Source: the human T2T-CHM13v2.0 reference genome, Homo sapiens. Taken from it: a stretch of 64,000 nt of DNA. The DNA lies in assembly GCF_009914755.1 (NCBI RefSeq), contig NC_060927.1, one strand, 5' to 3'. The notes beneath the pieces are model-generated. The model did not search any database. It was given only the letters and a program-made list of their open reading frames with translations, and was not told where the DNA came from. Each line of letters starts with the position of its first letter. Position 1 is the stretch's first letter. Made by a program: the position numbers and the translations under genes. Below are positions 53,777 through 64,000 of this stretch, one piece after another.

Positions 53777-53823
53777 GTAAGCAGGGGTAAGCAGGGGTAA
53801 GCTGGGGTAAGCTGGGGTAAGCA
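53774..53823 (+). repeat. 10-bp tandem repeat (GGGGTAAGCW)x5 spanning the exon 1 splice donor
   Basis: GGGGTAAGCA GGGGTAAGCA GGGGTAAGCT GGGGTAAGCT GGGGTAAGCA read directly. Confidence 0.97.
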
Positions 53824-55378
53824 AGGTGGTCGTCAGCGGAGAGGGAGGCATGTGTGTCTGGGTTGTCCCTTGGAGTCTTTACTGGAGAACGTTCCCAACC
53901 TGCGCCGCCGAGAGGGGCAGAGCCCAGTTCTCGGGTAGAAGATCGAGGCAGATGGGTCGGCCCTTAGCGACTCCACAGACCTTACGTTTTCACTTAATGA
54001 CTAGCATTAAAACTGCCAGTGATCCCCTTTCGGTCCCTTATTTACCTCAGGATGAGGAGGGAAGAGAGGTGAGGAGGAAAGGAGAGAAATGACGAGACAG
54101 TTAGAGGAAGCGTGGCGGCTCCTGGGGAGGACTCCTGGCCCATGCCCCGGGTTCTTCGCCACCTTGTTTTTGGAGTCTTGCAGAATGTTGAAACGCCCAA
54201 ATTCGTTTTAGGCCCACGAGGCGGGGAACCAGGCTTCTCAAGAAATCGATGTAGTACCAGTGCCTAACACCTAGTAGGCGCTCCTTAAGTAGGGGTGAAT
54301 AAATAAAAAGGGCTGGTGCATGGTCTTCATCACTCGCAAGTTTGATATTTTGAGAAGATGAGAAGCCACCAAACTCAGACCTAACTACACATCGTTCAGC
54401 AAATGTTATTATGTTTTAGAATCTGGGGATATGGAAATAAATAAGATAGTGTGTCCCTTAAGGAGATTACAGTGCAGTGCGTCATTGAAGGTACTTTACC
54501 ATTGAAGCTCTTTTCTTTCTTGGTGACGTTTCACCAACATAAACACGAACTGTTCATAACCCTACAATAAGGAAAGCCGTAAAACCTATTCTTTCCAGTG
54601 TTTTACCTTTAATAGTTAAGGTGAGGTAATTTGATTTCCCCTACCTGAGCAACACCGCAAATTTCGCATTCCTAATCAGACCTTTCCCAGCCTCTCTCTC
54701 CCTTGACTGGCTTGCTGGATTTAATTTTCTCTCTCTGAATTATGGACTGTATGTATGGGCTGCCATTTTTGTTCTCAGTGGAGTTTTAGGACCTTAACAG
54801 ACGTTCAAGTTTTGTTGGCAGTGGCTACTGTTACTTTATGCCTTTGCTTCTGATATGCACGTATAAAGCACCATACTAAATATCACTATGTATTATTTGA
54901 AATATTGAAAGTGGTACTCTTTGCTCAAGCAGTTACTAACCTTGATGGCATTGTTAGTAGTCATATCGATGCTCCAGCACTCCATAGAATGTTTTAGTCA
55001 TGAGTTCATTATGAAACTAATGAATGGCGGTTAAATATATCTTGTTCCTTTAACTTATGTGAGGAGTTTTGGTAACAGCATTATTAAAAAATGGTGGTAT
55101 GATAACTTAATTTATAGTTTACCAATAACAAAATGAGATTTCAGGTTAATGATAACAATGCTTGTAGTATTGAAGAGTTTCAAGAATTTTCCCCCTGTAG
55201 TTGTGGGTTTTATCTTGGATTGCAAACGTTTTTAATTAAAACACTGGTTCGATGTGTACAAGATTCCTGCATAAATTCAAAATAATGGATTTATTGTCAG
55301 GTTCAAATGAACATTTCTGGTTATTTAAAATGTTGCGGTTTGTTAAAAATGAGAGACAACTTTCTTTTTTTATTACAG

Positions 55379-55443
55379 AGATGGTTTAAAGCTTGAAACT
55401 GAATTACTGGATGGAAAAACCAAGCTAATATTGTCTCCATATG
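55379..55443 (+). CDS. CCDC66: CCDC66 exon 2 (65 nt; DGLKLETELLDGKTKLILSPY)
   Basis: Acceptor tttctttttttattacag|A and donor G|gtatgt; phases fit exons 1 and 3. Confidence 0.92.
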
Positions 55444-56101
55444 GTATGTTGTGTTACAGAAATCTGAAATGTTAACTTTTAAATTCATACATAAAATTTA
55501 TATTAGTTCAACAGACTTTTTGCTTGTAATAGAGTGATATTTAAATGATATTTTAGAAAAAGCTGTTTCCTCAAACTTCTGCAGATTTCCTTCTAGCCAA
55601 ATAAAATCACATTACAACACTGCTTACTACTGTCAGTATTCAGACTCATAACATTTAATGTTCCAGTATATTGCATGTTCATTATATCCATATAGCAAAT
55701 ATCCTCATTGCCTGATGAATAATACAAGTAAAATTTATGTAATTATGTTCTTTGCATGTAAAGAATGTATCATTTGAGAAAAGTTTATAGTAAGACCACC
55801 GTAAAATGCTAAAGTCACTTTTAGTATTCGTTTTTAAACTCAGTGTACTTTGGTACCTTCTCCTTCGCATTTTTTTTTCTGTTTATAGTTTTACCTTGGA
55901 AAGATAAAAAACAAAAATAAAATAGAAGTAAATCCTTGAACTGGATTAGAAAAAAATACTCAGTCAAGATCTAAAGTTTATGCTTTCGAGGATAATGTTG
56001 CTAGCTTAAAATCTTATAACAATATTAATTACAGTTTTCTTGCATTAACACCTTAGTATGCTTTTGGTGGATAGTTTAGTAATTTCTTTTTTCTTTTGTA
56101 G

Positions 56102-56127
56102 AACATAAATCAAAAATTTCTGTGAAG
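56102..56127 (+). CDS. CCDC66: CCDC66 exon 3, 26-nt micro-exon (EHKSKISVK)
   Basis: Acceptor tttcttttttcttttgtag| and donor AAG|gtaagc. Exons 1-3 total 102 nt (34 codons), in frame with exon 4. Confidence 0.9.
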
Positions 56128-56384
56128 GTAAGCCGTATAACTTTGACCTGACCTGTTTTCAAATGTAAAATGCAGTTTTATTTACAGTGGTTAGAAAATA
56201 ATTCCTGGGAAATGTCAAGTGTTCTAAGGGGTTTGGAATTATAGTGAGGAGTTATTATTTTCTTGCTTTCAGATTGGTCCTTTCACAGAAATTGAATCAT
56301 TTTAGGTTTAGCCCAATAGAACCTCTTTCTCTAGATAAGTGCTATTCAGTAAAGCATCTGTGTTAATGGAAGTGTTCATTAATA

Positions 56385-56538
56385 AAATCAGTATTATCGA
56401 ATATGGAAGCCACTAGTCATGTATAGTTATTGAACCCTTAAAATGTAACTAGTATGACTGAGCAACTGAATTTCTAATTTCCTTTAATTTTTAATGGAAT
56501 TTAATGGATAATGGATTGTACTGGACAATGCACTCCAG
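56385..56538. mobile_element. MER3/MER33-like DNA transposon remnant
   Basis: agccactagtcatgtatagttattgaac...tagtatgactgagcaactgaatttctaattt. Confidence 0.6.
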
Positions 56539-56765
56539 AGATCTTTAAAAATAGATATTCAGACTTTAAACAGAAATGTTTTTTCTTTTCATACTCAAAT
56601 TCCATTTGCCCACACCAAAGGGGAAATTTAATTCACAAATTGTAGCATGCATTTAGCATTTTCCTTTAAAAGGTTGCACTTGAGCTTAAGGGTAATTTTC
56701 CTTTTAAATTATTTTCCCTTATCAGAAATCTATTGTGCTTTTTTCTACAAAATACATTATCACTT

Positions 56766-59905
<3,140 letters not shown>

Positions 59906-60215
59906 TTAAAAAAATTTTTTTAATTGAAAAAAAAAAAAAGAGATAATGTAGGTGGTATAATCTAATGACATAAGATTCAAAGCTGGAGTATAGTGGAGAT
60001 GTCCTATAACAACTATAATAAAAGTTCCTGAAGTAAGATAATTTCTAGTTGTTGATGAAGATTTGCAAGTATTAAGAGTTAGTTTCTTATGGTTATATTA
60101 CCTAAATAGCAAAATGGAAAAAAGTTTAGAGGACTGATTTATCACAGATCATATAAAGATAATTGGTGATTTTTCTTGGACAGTTATAAAGAATAAGCTT
60201 CTGGTGTTTTAACAG

Positions 60216-60657
60216 ATGGGAAATAAGGCCAAGATTGCAAAATGTCCTTTAAGAACAAAAACTGGGCACATTCTAAAATCAACACAAGATACTTGTATTG
60301 GGAGTGAAAAACTTTTGCAAAAGAAGCCAGTTGGTTCAGAAACATCACAGGCAAAAGGTGAAAAAAATGGAATGACTTTTTCATCCACTAAGGATTTATG
60401 TAAACAATGTATAGATAAAGACTGTCTTCATATCCAGAAAGAGATTTCACCTGCAACTCCTAATATGCAGAAGACTAGAAACACCGTAAATACATCTCTA
60501 GTAGGTAAACAGAAGCCTCACAAAAAACACATCACAGCTGAAAACATGAAGAGCAGTTTGGTGTGTCTAACACAAGACCAACTACAACAGATTTTGATGA
60601 CTGTAAACCAAGGAAATAGATCTCTTTCCCTGACTGAGAATGGAAAGGAGGCAAAAA
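60216..60657 (+). CDS. CCDC66: CCDC66 exon 4 (442 nt; MGNKAKIAK...NGKEAK)
   Basis: ORF-track 60216..60683; acceptor ttttaacag|ATG; donor A|gtaaga; non-repeat peptide recognised as CCDC66. Confidence 0.95.
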
Positions 60658-61778
60658 GTAAGATTTTTCTAAAGTTTTCATGAATTTTGATTTTTTCAAT
60701 ATGTGTTTTAGAATATCAGATTCATTGGGTTTTATGTAACTGTGACTCTTAAACTCTAATTTAACCTGTCAATCTATTAAAATAATTGTTCTTTTGAGGA
60801 CTTTCTCTAATATGCAAAATTATTTTTATAGTTGTGCCATATTTTAAGGTTAGTGTTCAGAATATTAAGAAACCTAGTTTCTGTGGATTTTAGAAAAAAT
60901 GTTAGTACAAAAAACTATTATTATACTTATTTTAGAATATAGGAGGCTTTACTCATATTTAAAATAGTTATATGAAACATTGTTTAAAAACAAATTACGG
61001 TATTTCCAGTGAAAATTAAGGAAACCTTACTATGACTATTTGACTTAAGTTACTGAAAAACATTGCTTTCCTGGCCACAGCATTTACTCTTCCTGTTCCT
61101 CATTCCATGCTAAGAAATGGCAGTACTTTTTTTAAAAAACAAGGTTAACACAGATTTGGAAGGAACAGTAGAGTGTTACATGCTTTGTCTTTCACAAGTC
61201 CTGGCATTGTATTGTGTTTTTAAAAGCCTTCTAATTTCCACTTTGGGATAAGGAATTGCGAATATGAAGACAATAGAAATATCTAAAATTTTATTAGGCA
61301 ATAGTGAAATAAATAAAAAATTAACAGTTCACATGGAGAGGCCCCACAAATGGTTTGGGGACCCATTAACTCCTGAATATTCCCGTGATACTCAAGATGG
61401 AATTATTTACTCTCTTGTTATAGATTATTCTTGGTAAAATGAGGGAGCTGGATTTTGTCTTTAAGGCTAAAATTCTAGCAACAACCTGCTTATTAGGCAT
61501 AACGAGAAATCATATCAACAAAGTTAAAAGCAGAATTTGCCTAATCACGTAGACTTTCATGATTTCTTTCTCTTCACTGGGAGAACTAGCACATTCAAAA
61601 GAAATCAGAACATTTTTTGAGCCATCCTGTGAGCCCTCTAAAACATCTGATTTTGATATTATAGCTGGGCATAGAGACAATTCATGAAAAGGTTTTCCAC
61701 TGATTTCACAGCTAAATAAGAAAAATAACGTCAAGGTAATGAGTATTTATCAAGATATTTGTATTTATTCCCCTTTAG

Positions 61779-62972
<1,194 letters not shown>

Positions 62973-63143
62973 CTTCCTTTTTTTCTTTTTGACAGGAAGG
63001 GAAACTTAATGGCTACCTCAAGGATTGTTTTGAGAGTTAATTTAAGTAACGTATAAGACATGTAAGAACTGTATAGCACTATGCCAAGTATTATAACAGA
63101 TGTAATTTAGTGTTAATTTTAAAACATGTATTTTACCTCCTAG

Positions 63144-63309
63144 GTCAATATAGTCTATATTTAAACAGTATTTCTAATCAGCCAAAGGATGAGAACATTA
63201 TGGGATTATTCAAAAAAACTGAAATGGTTTCATCTGTCCCAGCTGAAAATAAATCTGTCTTAAATGAACATCAGGAGACATCTAAACAGTGTGAGCAAAA
63301 AATTGCCAT
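63144..63309 (+). CDS. CCDC66: CCDC66 exon 5 (166 nt; SQYSLYLNS...CEQKIA)
   Basis: Acceptor ttttacctcctag|GT and donor AT|gtatgt; lies within ORF-track 63110..63385; phases consistent. Confidence 0.93.
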
Positions 63310-63499
63310 GTATGTAACTCCTATCTGTTGTTATTGTGTGGTCATCTTCAGAATATGGTTTTGCTTTTCCTTTACTTGCATGTGAAATAGTTACTCTGAA
63401 TACTTAGAGCTATTTAAAAGCTTATTACTTAATATTTATGGAGTCAGTTGTGTAGAAATGTATGATACAGTTTCTGTTATCTTTTGTGTTTTACCTTAG

Positions 63500-63603
63500 A
63501 GAGAATGAATGGAAACCAGCTGATATATTCAGTACTCTGGGGGAAAGGGAATGTGATAGAAGTTCGTTGGAAGCAAAAAAAGCCCAGTGGAGGAAAGAGC
63601 TAG
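63500..63603 (+). CDS. CCDC66: CCDC66 exon 6 (104 nt; IENEWKPADIFSTLGERECDRSSLEAKKAQWRKEL)
   Basis: Acceptor ttttaccttag|A and donor G|gtaggt; stop-free in the spliced frame; gene continues past the window end. Confidence 0.93.
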
Positions 63604-63659
63604 GTAGGTAACTTTTATACCTTTATTATAGTTTTATTGGCTTAAAGAATATGTATTGA

Positions 63660-63998
<339 letters not shown>

Positions 63999-64000
63999 TC

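Overview
Primate (human-like) genomic DNA. About 53 kb of repeat-dominated, apparently gene-free sequence (Alu, L1, MaLR LTRs, MER20/Tigger3, a 2.7-kb AT-rich minisatellite) is followed by a CpG-rich promoter and the first six coding exons of CCDC66 on the + strand. By hand, the exons splice at GT-AG sites into one open frame, MNLGDGLKLETELLDGK...KKAQWRKEL; the gene continues beyond the window. Almost all ORF-track entries are Alu, L1 or simple-repeat artefacts. No new gene system is evident. The best candidate for an undescribed mechanism is at CCDC66 exon 1, where the splice donor is itself a 10-bp tandem repeat. It supplies five identical GGG|GTAAGC donors and five G4-competent GGGG tracts, and only the first donor keeps the N-terminal frame open. 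A second theme is a set of local templated-copy scars: a MER20 piece and an inverted flank piece captured inside one L1, fold-back scars, a ~275-bp dispersed duplication, a twice-used retrotransposon target site and a twin-primed L1 with a ~2-kb gap. Repeat subfamily calls are from memory of consensus sequences, and their boundaries are approximate.
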